Positions 35,893 to 45,441 of a stretch of 64,000 bases of DNA are shown here, in pieces. The position numbers were made by a program, and so were the translations under genes. Source of the stretch: an uncultured Planctomycetota bacterium (lineage in GTDB: Bacteria; Planctomycetota; DG-23; CAZBND01); contig CAZBND010000003.1 of NCBI GenBank assembly GCA_964493415.1, positions 90,229 through 154,228 of the forward strand. The letters are read 5' to 3'. A model generated the notes under the pieces. The model worked only from the letters and a program-made list of their open reading frames with translations. It ran no database searches and was not told the DNA's origin. Every line of letters begins with the position of its first letter. The first letter of the stretch is position 1.

Positions 35893-36546
35893 ATGCGGCG
35901 GCTCCGCTACCGAATCAACCCGCACTCCCTGGGGGACCTGGCCGTATGGATATTCGTGGCGATGTTCTTCATGATGAATGCGGGCTCGGTCCCGGCGCAA
36001 TTCTTGTCCCCTTCTTCGACTCGGCTTCAGGGGCTTCAGTTGGTGGCTTTCGTGGGAGTCGGACTCCTCTTCCTGCTGCTTAGGAAGCTCATCAGCCGGG
36101 GCGTGAAGGCCGAGCTGGAGAGCGGCGGCCCCGGCCCCGTTGCTTTGGCTCACGCCGTTGCACTCGCGGTTTTTGGAGCTATGAGCATTCACGTCGTTTT
36201 CGTAGTGACGGCGGCGGTAGTCGTCGGCTGGGCCGCTGTTAGGTTGCCCGAGCTTGGTGTGCGGATTCTCGCTCCGGCCTTCAATTGGGCTCTCGCTCCT
36301 TTCGCTGCGGGCCTATGGGCGGGCTGGAGGGTGGGCTTCGCCGGCTGGGGCTTCGCGGCAGCGTCTTTCGCGTTGTTCCAGGGCATCTGGCTTGGGATTC
36401 CCGCATCAGTCGGCTGGACCGAGTGGCTTGACAATCAGGTTGTGATCGGCTTGGCGGCGGCCATACCTTTAGCGGCGGCAGGCGGCGCGCTCGGCTCCTC
36501 TCTCTTCGCCCGAAAGGCCTCCAGGGCGGACTCGGAATCCGCCTAG
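35893..36546 (+). CDS. hypothetical polytopic membrane protein (about 6 TM segments) embedded in the acs cluster
   Basis: Hydrophobic Ala/Gly/Trp-rich helices. No recognisable family. ATG verified. Confidence 0.45.
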   Translation: MRRLRYRINPHSLGDLAVWIFVAMFFMMNAGSVPAQFLSPSSTRLQGLQLVAFVGVGLLFLLLRKLISRGVKAELESGGPGPVALAHAVALAVFGAMSIHVVFVVTAAVVVGWAAVRLPELGVRILAPAFNWALAPFAAGLWAGWRVGFAGWGFAAASFALFQGIWLGIPASVGWTEWLDNQVVIGLAAAIPLAAAGGALGSSLFARKASRADSESA

Positions 36547-36562
36547 GAGTGGAACGTGTGAC

Positions 36563-38494
36563 ATGTTGGTCAAAGACCAGTGCAAGATTCATTTTGTCCC
36601 TTCCGGCCTTGAGGCTGACGTTCCGGCCGGCACCACCGTTCTCGAAGCCGCTCAAGGGCTGGGGGTCGCGATCAACAGCATCTGCGGCGGCGACGGCATC
36701 TGCGGGAAGTGCAAGGTGCAGGTCGTCCAGGGCAAAGTTGACACTCCTCCGACAATGCTGCTGAGTCGGGACGAGGTCCAGCGCAACTATGTGTTGGCCT
36801 GCCAAGCCAAGCTGGTCGAGGGAGACGTTGTCATAAACGTTCCCCAAGAGTCACGCTTGGCCGGAGGGCAGATACTGCTTGACCGCGACGCCGAGAGGCT
36901 CGCAGATATGGGCGGCGCATACCCTGCGGAAAGCAGGTTTCGACTCGACCCGCTTGTGAAGAAGTTCTATCTCGAACTCGACCCTCCCACCATCGACAAT
37001 AATCTGGCCGACCACGAAAGGGTCTATCAGGCTATACGCCGAAGCGAAAAGCGGTTCGCCCTGCAGACGGGCTTTGCGGCGCTTAAGGCGCTTCCGGGAA
37101 CACTCAGACAAGCCGATTGGAAGGTCACCGCGACAGTCGCCTGCAGGGGCGACATCGGGGAACTCGTCCAGGTCGAGCCCGGCGATACCTCCTCCAGGAA
37201 CTACGGTGTCGCCGTCGACGTCGGCACTACCACGGTCGTCGCCCACCTGGTCGACATGACTACTTCGAGAACGGTACATACCGAAGCCACGTATAATTCC
37301 CAGATCAAGTTCGGTGAAGACTACATCAGAAGGATCATGTACGCGGTGGAGAACGATGCGTTGGAGTTGTTGCAAAGCATTCTCGTAGACGACATCAACG
37401 ATCTCATCACCACGCTGGTGCAGCACAGCGGGGTCAGCCTTAACGACATAACAGCCGTGATGTGCTCCGGCAACACGGCCATGATCCATTTTCTGCTGGG
37501 CCTGGATCCGTCGTTGATTCGGAAAGACCCCTACATCCCAGTGGCGAACTTCATACCCCCGATTCGCGCGGCTCAGGTGGGAATTCGGATAAACTCCCGG
37601 GGACTGCTTTTCGTCCTGCCCAGCGTCGCCGCTTACGTGGGGAGCGACATAACCGCGGGAGTCCTGGTGCTGCGGCTCAATGAATCCGACGAGACATGCG
37701 CCTTCATCGACGTGGGAACCAACGGCGAAGTGGTAATAGGCAACAAGGACTGGATGGTCTGCTGCTCTGCCTCGGCAGGGCCGGCGTTCGAGGGCAGCGG
37801 GGTGAAAAACGGGATGCGAGCAAGCGCCGGGGCTATCGAACGTCTCGAAATCGCCGATGACTACAAAGTCCTCTACAGCACCATAGGAGACGAGCCGCCG
37901 CGAGGGATTTGCGGCTCCGGACTGATAGACTGCATCGCGGCGCTGAGAAAGGCCGGCGCAGTGGACAGGACGGGGCGCTTCGTTGCCGACATGCCGCCTG
38001 AAAAGCTGCGGCGCGAAGACGACGAAGCACAGTTCATTCTCGTGCCGGCAGGCAAGACGGCAACGGACTCCGAAATAGTCATCACCCAGGCGGACGTCAT
38101 GAACCTGATGCGCTCGAAGGGGGCTGTCTATGCCGCGATCAGCACCCTCTTGGACTCGGTTTCCCTCTCTGCCGCTGACCTGTCCCATCTCTACCTGGCC
38201 GGCGGCTTCGGGAACTACCTCGACGTCAACAACGCCATAATTGTCGGGATGCTCCCCGACATGCCCCGCGAGCGGGTCGTGTTCGTAGGCAACACGTCCG
38301 TAGCGGGCGCAAAGACCTCGCTGCTTTCCATCGAGGCGTTTCAGCAATCTGCAGCGATCGCCTCATCAATGACCTATTTCGATTTGATGGGGAACCCCAG
38401 CTACATGGACGAGTTCATCTCGGCCAATTTCCTTCCGCACACCGACATCGAAAAGTTCCCCTCTGTTGAAAAGGTACTCAGGAGGGTGGAGTGA
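36563..38494 (+). CDS. reductive activator of corrinoid Fe-S protein (RACo; 2Fe-2S ferredoxin domain + ASKHA ATPase)
   Basis: N-terminal plant-type ferredoxin motif (CGGDGICGKCKV) and C-terminal ASKHA-fold ATPase region. Length (~640 aa) and cluster context match RACo. Confidence 0.8.
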   Translation: MLVKDQCKIHFVPSGLEADVPAGTTVLEAAQGLGVAINSICGGDGICGKCKVQVVQGKVDTPPTMLLSRDEVQRNYVLACQAKLVEGDVVINVPQESRLAGGQILLDRDAERLADMGGAYPAESRFRLDPLVKKFYLELDPPTIDNNLADHERVYQAIRRSEKRFALQTGFAALKALPGTLRQADWKVTATVACRGDIGELVQVEPGDTSSRNYGVAVDVGTTTVVAHLVDMTTSRTVHTEATYNSQIKFGEDYIRRIMYAVENDALELLQSILVDDINDLITTLVQHSGVSLNDITAVMCSGNTAMIHFLLGLDPSLIRKDPYIPVANFIPPIRAAQVGIRINSRGLLFVLPSVAAYVGSDITAGVLVLRLNESDETCAFIDVGTNGEVVIGNKDWMVCCSASAGPAFEGSGVKNGMRASAGAIERLEIADDYKVLYSTIGDEPPRGICGSGLIDCIAALRKAGAVDRTGRFVADMPPEKLRREDDEAQFILVPAGKTATDSEIVITQADVMNLMRSKGAVYAAISTLLDSVSLSAADLSHLYLAGGFGNYLDVNNAIIVGMLPDMPRERVVFVGNTSVAGAKTSLLSIEAFQQSAAIASSMTYFDLMGNPSYMDEFISANFLPHTDIEKFPSVEKVLRRVE

Positions 38495-40344
38495 AGCTTC
38501 AGACTCGGATAGCGGGATCGTCCTGTTTATGCCTGTTGTTGGCGGCGGGTTTTGCCGCTGCTCCTGCGGATGCCGCCGTCCTTGACAGGCTGGGGGCGGT
38601 TCAGGACAAGGTGGCGGCCCTCAGGGGGCTCCACTTCAAGCAGCCGGTAGAGGCCAAGGTCGCCACCAAGACCGACGTGATCGTGCTGCTCATCGAAGAA
38701 CTTCACGAGCAGTTGACCCCGGAGGATTTTGAGAGCTTCGAGACCTCTTTCGAGAAGTTCGGCGTGCTTCCCCCAAATACCGATCTGTTGGCTCTTCTTG
38801 TCGGGCTCTACAGTGAAGAGGCGGCGGGGCTTTATGATCCCAGGGGAAAACGCCTTTGGGTGAATGAGGAGATCGCCGGCTTCTTCTCCGAGATAGCCCT
38901 CTCCCACGAGCTCACGCACGCCCTGCAGGACCAGCACTTCGACATAATGTCCATGCCTTTGATGGAAAAGGGAGAGGACGACCTCGTCCTCGCGACCAGC
39001 GCTCTGCTGGAGGGCGACGCCTCCATCTCGATGTTCCAATACTTTCTGGGAGACTCGGCGCTCGTGGACGAAGTCGTCGATGCCGGTGTGGCGGATATGA
39101 TGGATGCGATGCTGCCGGTCTACGGAGGCGCACTCGGGGACGCGCCGGGTCTGATCAAGGCCGTAGTTGTGTTCCCGTACACCTACGGCATGGAATTCGT
39201 TCAGGCGGTGAAGAGAATCGGGGGCTGGCAAGCCGTCAATCAGCTCTACCAAGTGCGTCCCATTTCGACAGAGCAGATACTGCATCCGGCGGAGAAGTTC
39301 CTGGACAACGACCCTCCCGTAAGCGTGGATTTGCCCGACCTTTCGCCCCTGCTGGGGGAAGAATGGAAAGCCCTGCCGGCGAACGTGCTGGGAGAGTTCC
39401 AGCTTCGCGTCGTGTTGGGGGAGCTGCTTGAAGATGCCGCCGCGGCAGAACTGGCCGCCGCTGGATGGGATGGCGACAGGTATAGGTGCTACAAGGGTCT
39501 CGATGGGGTCTTGCTGACCTGGGTTGCGCTTTGGGATACGGAGGAAGATGCCAAGGAGTTCTTTGCCGCGTACGGCCCCGTTCTCCGAAGCAAGTATCTG
39601 ACAGATACTGCGTCCGAGTCAAGGACGCCGGCTTCCTATACCGTCAGCGACGCCGGAAAAGTCTCGCGCATAAGCGTGAGAGGAAACCAAGCGGTCGTCG
39701 TGGAAAGCCTCCCCGCCGACCTCCTCTCGGAAGCTGAGGAATTGCTCTGGGAGGCTGGAGTCACCGAACTCCCCAAGGCTGATACCTCCAGGTTCACAGC
39801 GGGCCGGCATATTCCCGTGAGAGAAGTCTCTGCTCCGTGGCACGAGCCGAAGGGGAGGGTAGAGGGCGAGCGTTTCATCAGCGACGAGCTCGGCTTCGAG
39901 GTATCTCTGCCCGGCAGCGACTGGGCCTTCCTTGATGAGCTTCCGCAGCCCATGATGGCGGCGGGTATCGTCCACAAGGACCGCTATGCGGCAGTCAACA
40001 TTGTCGTTCCACCCTTCGGCGGCCTGCTTTCGGTGCGGCAGCTTGCGGAAATGGTAAAGGCCGGCCTGGGAGCATTGGGGGCGGACTCCAGCGTGATCGC
40101 AGAGGGTGTGACCGAGATCGGCGGGGAACAAGGCTATCAAGTCACTTCCGAGGTGACCATGTTTGGCACTGCTCAGAGAGTCCGCCAAGTGCTCGTCGAG
40201 CATGAGGGAAAGACGTTCATCATAACGTCAACCAGCGACTCGGCGGATTTCGATCTTCTCCTGGAAGAGATATTGTCCATGGAGCGGAGTTTCATTTTCC
40301 GCTCCGAAACGCATTCCCCTTCTGAGCAAGAGGCGGCAGAATGA
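38491..40344 (+). CDS. secreted HExxH-motif protein (putative zinc metallopeptidase, MA-clan-like)
   Basis: Signal peptide MKLQTRIAGSSCLCLLLAAGFAAAPADA. HELTHALQDQH zincin-like motif. 4-bp overlaps with both flanking genes (RACo stop, cooC2 start). Confidence 0.55.
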   Translation: MKLQTRIAGSSCLCLLLAAGFAAAPADAAVLDRLGAVQDKVAALRGLHFKQPVEAKVATKTDVIVLLIEELHEQLTPEDFESFETSFEKFGVLPPNTDLLALLVGLYSEEAAGLYDPRGKRLWVNEEIAGFFSEIALSHELTHALQDQHFDIMSMPLMEKGEDDLVLATSALLEGDASISMFQYFLGDSALVDEVVDAGVADMMDAMLPVYGGALGDAPGLIKAVVVFPYTYGMEFVQAVKRIGGWQAVNQLYQVRPISTEQILHPAEKFLDNDPPVSVDLPDLSPLLGEEWKALPANVLGEFQLRVVLGELLEDAAAAELAAAGWDGDRYRCYKGLDGVLLTWVALWDTEEDAKEFFAAYGPVLRSKYLTDTASESRTPASYTVSDAGKVSRISVRGNQAVVVESLPADLLSEAEELLWEAGVTELPKADTSRFTAGRHIPVREVSAPWHEPKGRVEGERFISDELGFEVSLPGSDWAFLDELPQPMMAAGIVHKDRYAAVNIVVPPFGGLLSVRQLAEMVKAGLGALGADSSVIAEGVTEIGGEQGYQVTSEVTMFGTAQRVRQVLVEHEGKTFIITSTSDSADFDLLLEEILSMERSFIFRSETHSPSEQEAAE

Positions 40345-41111
40345 GTTTCCGAATAGCGCTTTCCGGCAAGGGCGGCTCCGGCAAAACGACCATTGCGGCA
40401 CTCATGATCAAGGCTCTCACCGAGCAGAGCGACGGCGCTGTCCTTGCGGTCGATGCCGACCCGAACGCGACGCTGGCCATGGCCCTTGGCATAGAGCCCC
40501 GACGAACCATCTCCGACATGAGACAGGACATGATGGACAGGCGCATTGAAATCCCCGCCGGGGTCCCCAAGGAAAGGGTCTTCGAGTACAAGTTCCATGA
40601 GCTTGTCGACGAACACCCCGGCTTTGACTTCCTTTCCATGGGAAGGCCGGAAGGCCCGAAGTGCTACTGCTACGTGAATCACCTCTTGCGCAAGTACCTT
40701 GACCGGCTCTCGTCCGATTACGCGTACGTGGTAATTGATAACGAGGCCGGGATGGAGCATCTCTCTCGCCGGACCACCGACAGCGTGGACCTTCTTATCC
40801 TGGTCTCACAGCCCACGCTCGTAGGCCTGGAGTCAGTTCGCCGCATATCCGCCCTGGCGTCCACACTGCCCATCACCGTCAAGCGGCAGGAACTCGTTCT
40901 CAACATGGCAAAGGGCGGACATGCTTCTTCCGAGATCGTCGCGAGTGCCCGCGAGATGGGCTATGGGCCCTTTTTCTCGGTGCCATCCGACCCCCAGGTC
41001 GAGCAAGCCTGGGAAAAGGGGCTCTCCCTCCTTGAACTTACACCTGCGAGCCCGGCCTATGCCTCGGTGTCAGCAATGATCCGTGAACTCTTGTGCATTG
41101 GCGTTAATTGA
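40341..41111 (+). CDS. cooC: second CooC/AcsF-type Ni-insertion ATPase
   Basis: GKGGSGKTT deviant Walker A. MinD/ParA fold with the CooC-type Cys pair (CYCY). Confidence 0.75.
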   Translation: MSFRIALSGKGGSGKTTIAALMIKALTEQSDGAVLAVDADPNATLAMALGIEPRRTISDMRQDMMDRRIEIPAGVPKERVFEYKFHELVDEHPGFDFLSMGRPEGPKCYCYVNHLLRKYLDRLSSDYAYVVIDNEAGMEHLSRRTTDSVDLLILVSQPTLVGLESVRRISALASTLPITVKRQELVLNMAKGGHASSEIVASAREMGYGPFFSVPSDPQVEQAWEKGLSLLELTPASPAYASVSAMIRELLCIGVN

Positions 41112-41163
41112 TCTAGATTCTAACTAGGGAGCCTGTGGTCTTGGACTTGGACAGGAGGAGCCG

Positions 41164-41949
41164 ATGATAGCGGTTGGTGAGAGGATCAACGGGATGTACT
41201 CCGACGTTAAGAAGGCCATTCAAAAATCCGACCCGGTCCCTATCCAGGAACTCGCGAAAAGGCAGACAGAGGCGGGCGCGACTTTCTTGGACATCAACGT
41301 CGGTCCGGCCGCCGCCGATAAGGTGGCCGCCATGAGGTGGCTCGTCGAGGTCACTCAAGATGCGGTGGACACTCCTCTGTCAATCGACAGCCAGACCTTT
41401 GATGTCGTCCGCGCCGGCCTTGAAGCCTACAATGGCAAGGCTCTCATTAACAGCACAAAGGGCGACGCGGAACTGCTTCAGAAATACTTCGACTTGGCCG
41501 GTGAGTTCGACGCATCTTTGGTCGTTCTCACTATGGATGAGAGAGGAGTCCCCGCCAACACGGACACCAGGGTGGAGATCGCGGCCACCGCAGCGACAAT
41601 GGCCATGGAGGCCGGGTTCAACACCGACAGGCTTTACATCGATCCTATAGTGCTTCCCGTGAACGTGGCCCAGGATCAGCCGAGGTGCATCTTTGAGGCC
41701 ATCGACCAGATCAAAATCCTTTCCGACCCGCCCCCTCATGTGATAGTCGGGCTCAGCAATATCTCGCAGAGCACCAAAGAGCGGGAGCTCATCAACAGGA
41801 CCTTTCTCGTCATGGCGATAGCCGCCGGGCTCGACGCGGCAATCATGGACGTGCTGGACGACGACCTGATGGAGGCCGCCATCACGGCGGACATGATCCT
41901 TAACAAGCACATATACTGCGATTCGTTCCTCAAGGCGTACAGGAAGTAG
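41164..41949 (+). CDS. acsE: methyltetrahydrofolate:corrinoid/iron-sulfur protein methyltransferase (pterin-binding)
   Basis: Pterin-binding TIM barrel (GERINGM, INVGPA, LINST motifs). About 261 aa, as in Moorella AcsE. RBS GGAGG. Confidence 0.85.
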   Translation: MIAVGERINGMYSDVKKAIQKSDPVPIQELAKRQTEAGATFLDINVGPAAADKVAAMRWLVEVTQDAVDTPLSIDSQTFDVVRAGLEAYNGKALINSTKGDAELLQKYFDLAGEFDASLVVLTMDERGVPANTDTRVEIAATAATMAMEAGFNTDRLYIDPIVLPVNVAQDQPRCIFEAIDQIKILSDPPPHVIVGLSNISQSTKERELINRTFLVMAIAAGLDAAIMDVLDDDLMEAAITADMILNKHIYCDSFLKAYRK

Positions 41950-41968
41950 GCACCAAAGGAGGCGCGCC

Positions 41969-42736
41969 ATGAAGACTCTGATTCTTGTCCTCGTTGCCCT
42001 CGCCCTCACCCTCGCCCCTGTGGCCGCGGCCGGTAACCCGAAAGCGACACCCACGCCCGTCCCCGGCCAGCCCAAGATCGCCTCGCCCGAAGAGGCGAAA
42101 GCGGCCATAGCAGCCGTCAAAGAGGCGGAGGAGGAGAAGGAACTCCTCGCCGCAATCAAACGCTTGGGGGAGGTCTACTACCCCAAGAAGCCCCTGTCTA
42201 CGGTGGCATTTGCCCTTTCCATCGTGATGGATGAAAAGCGGAGCATGGAAGCCCGTGCCGGCGCCGCCGCCGTTCTCGGCAAGTTCCACGACAAGTCGGT
42301 CGTTCCCGCTCTCAGCAAGTATGTGATCAATCCGAACGTCAAAAGGGAAGTTCCCCTTTCCAGCGCCATCGCTACGGCCCTGGGCGAGATAGGTGACCCT
42401 GGAGCCATAAGCGCCCTGGAAAGGCTTGCCACCTACAAGGAAACCCCCGTGGCAGTGGCCTCAGCCAGAGCCCTCGGGAAAGTCAAACACAAGAAAGCTA
42501 TTGAGGAGCTAATCAAGATCCTGGATGTGACCGAGGACCCCGACGACGCGTCAAGCTCTCGCCAGAAGAGGTACGCTCAGATTGCGGCCGCCGCCAGGTT
42601 GTCGCTCGTAGCTCTTACCAAGGAGTCCTTCTTCTCCGCGACGGAATACAGAAAATGGTGGAAGGAGAACGAGAAGGATTTCAAATTCGAGCCGCCGAAG
42701 GTCACGCCGACCCCGGCCCCGGCGGCGAAGAGATAA
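41969..42736 (+). CDS. secreted HEAT/PBS-lyase-like repeat protein
   Basis: Signal peptide. Repeated VR..AA.ALG.IGDP.A...L motifs typical of HEAT_2/PBS lyase repeats. Confidence 0.55.
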   Translation: MKTLILVLVALALTLAPVAAAGNPKATPTPVPGQPKIASPEEAKAAIAAVKEAEEEKELLAAIKRLGEVYYPKKPLSTVAFALSIVMDEKRSMEARAGAAAVLGKFHDKSVVPALSKYVINPNVKREVPLSSAIATALGEIGDPGAISALERLATYKETPVAVASARALGKVKHKKAIEELIKILDVTEDPDDASSSRQKRYAQIAAAARLSLVALTKESFFSATEYRKWWKENEKDFKFEPPKVTPTPAPAAKR

Positions 42737-42755
42737 TAGCGCTAGCGGAGTAGTC

Positions 42756-43172
42756 GTGGTTCGCAAGGAAATCGTCACGCTGAACACCAAAGGTGACGGT
42801 GATGTCGTTGAGATAACAGGTCAGGTTCAAGGCGCGCTTGCGCGGACCGGCCTTCGGCAGGGAGCCGTCGTCCTTTTCGTGCCGGGGGCGACCGGCGCGC
42901 TGACCACACTTGAGCACGAACCCGGCGCTGTAAAAGATATGGCGACGCTTTTCGAGAGAGTCGCCCCTCGGGCCGCGGAATACGAGCACGACAGAACGAT
43001 CGGTGATGGTAATGGCCGCGCTCACGTTCGAGCGGCGCTCTTCGGACCATCGCTCACGGTGCCGTTCGAGGACGGCCGCCTGATTCTCGGGCGGTGGCAG
43101 AGAATCATTTTCATCGACTTCGACACGCGTCCGCGCTCGCGTGAGCTGGTGCTCCAGTTCCTGGGAGAGTGA
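42756..43172 (+). CDS. YjbQ/UPF0047 family protein (secondary thiamin-phosphate synthase-like)
   Basis: Conserved YjbQ pattern (GAV.LFV.GAT.ALTT.E.E; DGNGRAHVRAALFG). Confidence 0.7.
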   Translation: MVRKEIVTLNTKGDGDVVEITGQVQGALARTGLRQGAVVLFVPGATGALTTLEHEPGAVKDMATLFERVAPRAAEYEHDRTIGDGNGRAHVRAALFGPSLTVPFEDGRLILGRWQRIIFIDFDTRPRSRELVLQFLGE

Positions 43173-43784
43173 GTGCGCCGGATGTTCAGACTCGTCATCT
43201 TCGACCTCGACGGAACGATCACCCAACCGCACCTCGACTTTCAAAGGATCAAGAGCGAGATGGGCGCAGCGCCGGACGAACCCAGGACGCTTCTGGAATA
43301 TATGAATACCCTTTCGCCCGAAAAGCGTACGATTGCCGCCGGAATCCTTGACCGGCACGAGAGGAAAGCGGCGGCGGAGTCGCAACTCAGAGACGGAATC
43401 GCCGAACTCATTGAGTCGCTTCGAGAATCGGGCACCAAAGTCGCCATCCTCACCAGGAACTCTCGACGCTCGGTCGACACAGTCCTTTCCAGGCATTCGG
43501 TTTCGGTTGACTTCGTCGTTACGCGCGACGACGCTCCGCCAAAGCCCTCGCCGGAGCCCGTGCTTGGTATATGTCGTGCTCTTGGGGTCCTTCCTGAAGA
43601 ATCGCTGGTGGTTGGAGATTTCCGATATGACGTCCTCGCGGGACGTGCAGCGGGCGCGAGCACCGCGCTCCTGTCAACCTACGACGGGGCTGCGGGCGTA
43701 GAGCCGGATTTCCTCGTCCGGGACATCCCGGCGCTCAGGCGGGTAATCGAGGATTGCGGGGGGATATGCCATGGGGCGCTTTAG
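43173..43784 (+). CDS. HAD-superfamily hydrolase (phosphoglycolate phosphatase-like)
   Basis: FDLDGT motif I, motif III K, motif IV GD. Confidence 0.7.
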   Translation: MRRMFRLVIFDLDGTITQPHLDFQRIKSEMGAAPDEPRTLLEYMNTLSPEKRTIAAGILDRHERKAAAESQLRDGIAELIESLRESGTKVAILTRNSRRSVDTVLSRHSVSVDFVVTRDDAPPKPSPEPVLGICRALGVLPEESLVVGDFRYDVLAGRAAGASTALLSTYDGAAGVEPDFLVRDIPALRRVIEDCGGICHGAL

Positions 43785-44574
43785 CAGGTGTTCGCTCGTC
43801 ACGGTGCTGCTCATGGTACCGCTCATCCTTTCTGGATGTGCGACTCCCAAGCCGCAAGTAGCGCTCCACCCCAGGGCCGACGCCGATGACTTCTTTGCCA
43901 TGCTACAGCACAACTTGAACTCAATTGAGTCGTTAAAGGCTACCGCATCGGTGGTCTACTTCGCCTCGGAAGACGAGGCTGAAAGCCTAAAGGTGATAAT
44001 GGCCTACTGCCGTCCGGACAAGCTTCGGCTCAAGGGATATAAGTCGTACACGCCTACGCTCTTCGATTTTCTCCTCAAAGGCGAGACCTGGCTTCTTTAC
44101 GTGCCCGAGGAGAAGCGTGCGCTCGAGGGGGACCTCGACGAACTGCGCAAGCTCGGCGGGCCGTGGCACGCAATGGCCGCGGTCACCGCCGGACTGCTTG
44201 GATGGCTTTTCGATGTCTCCCCCCCCAGAATAGAAGGATTCGTCAAGGGTGCCAAGGAGTGGGAGATGGTCATCTCGCCGGTGCCCGAGGGCAGCCGGGG
44301 TTATCTCACCTCCCTCTATTTCGCTCCCGGCGATATCCGAATCAAGAAGCAGGTCTTTACCGACCCCGACGGCGTTGTCTTTGCCGAAGTCGCATTCCGG
44401 GACTACGGAAGCCACCAGGGCGTGTGGTTCCCAAGAGAATGGGAGATGATTCTTACGCCTACCCAGGAACGCCTTCAGGTTTCAATCGGTAAGCTCGACA
44501 TGGGTGCGGAGTTGGATGAGCAGGTGTTTGAAATTCTCCTCCCTCGCGCTGTCGAGGTGGAGCGTGTGCAGTGA
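43771..44574 (+). CDS. lipoprotein, LolA-like/DUF4292-like outer-membrane lipoprotein-sorting fold
   Basis: Lipobox LILSGC. Beta-rich protein of LolA/LolB-like size, immediately upstream of lolA. Confidence 0.5.
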   Translation: MGRFSRCSLVTVLLMVPLILSGCATPKPQVALHPRADADDFFAMLQHNLNSIESLKATASVVYFASEDEAESLKVIMAYCRPDKLRLKGYKSYTPTLFDFLLKGETWLLYVPEEKRALEGDLDELRKLGGPWHAMAAVTAGLLGWLFDVSPPRIEGFVKGAKEWEMVISPVPEGSRGYLTSLYFAPGDIRIKKQVFTDPDGVVFAEVAFRDYGSHQGVWFPREWEMILTPTQERLQVSIGKLDMGAELDEQVFEILLPRAVEVERVQ

Positions 44575-45254
44575 CTCGGGTGGCCTCGGCGATCTTCGCT
44601 TTGGTCCTCGCATTCGTCGAGGGCGAACCGTCGCAGATGCCCCTTTCTTGTCATCCATCACTCGAAGAAGTTCTCTCAAACGTTAAGGCGGCATCCGAAA
44701 AGGTCAAGGATCTGCGGGCTGAGTTCGTCCAGGAGAAGATCATGACCGTTCTGGACGAAAGCGAGAAATCCACCGGGCAGGCTTTCTACCGCTTCCCCGA
44801 CCTCCTCGTCCTCCATCACGAGAAGCCCGAAGAAGTGACCATGTGGATCAAAGGTCGCGAGGTCCTTGTCTACGAAAAGGAAATCGACCAGCTCCGCAAG
44901 TATTCGCTTTCCGAAGAGGACAGGGATTTGACCTTTCTTGCAGCGCGGTTGGACACGAAGGCGCTCGAGAAGCGTTTTGCGCTCTCGTTGAAGAAGGCCT
45001 TCAGGAAAGAAGAGGAGGACTTCTTCATCGTGGAGTTGACCCCCACCTCCGAAGAGCTTAGGGCGGATATCGACAGGGTCGAGGCGGAGGTCTCCGGCAG
45101 GAGCTGGCTCGTCAGGCGTATCTCGATCTACGAAACGAACCGAGACATCACCAACATCACCTTTTCAAAAGTACGGTTGAATACTGGGCTGAGCGGGGAC
45201 GACGTCATTCCCGAGGTGCCCGAAGGCAAACGGGTTATCGACCTCTCGGAGTGA
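44571..45254 (+). CDS. lolA: outer-membrane lipoprotein carrier protein LolA
   Basis: Signal peptide and LolA-family pattern (F.Q.K.......G......P). 4-bp overlap with the upstream gene. Confidence 0.6.
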   Translation: MTRVASAIFALVLAFVEGEPSQMPLSCHPSLEEVLSNVKAASEKVKDLRAEFVQEKIMTVLDESEKSTGQAFYRFPDLLVLHHEKPEEVTMWIKGREVLVYEKEIDQLRKYSLSEEDRDLTFLAARLDTKALEKRFALSLKKAFRKEEEDFFIVELTPTSEELRADIDRVEAEVSGRSWLVRRISIYETNRDITNITFSKVRLNTGLSGDDVIPEVPEGKRVIDLSE

Positions 45255-45441
45255 GTCGGAAATGCCATTATGGCAGGTTTCTGGCGGAAGGGGCGGACAG
45301 CGTTCTAGTCAGAAGTCCCTCTAGAGGGCGCTTAGCGCCGGATCGCGTGGCGGGACGATTGGCACACGCTTTGCGCAAATCCCTCAAGTTTACGGGCCGT
45401 ACATTCATATAAGACCAGCGCAATCGAGAGGAGAACTTCTA

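Noticed and set aside
36851-38347. 498-codon - strand ORF
   Set aside because: Antisense to the RACo gene; same high-GC artefact.
45255-45441. CIRCE/HrcA operator upstream of dnaK
   Set aside because: Searched by eye for TTAGCACTC-N9-GAGTGCTAA and the HAIR motif; neither is present. Other palindromes are reported as a finding.
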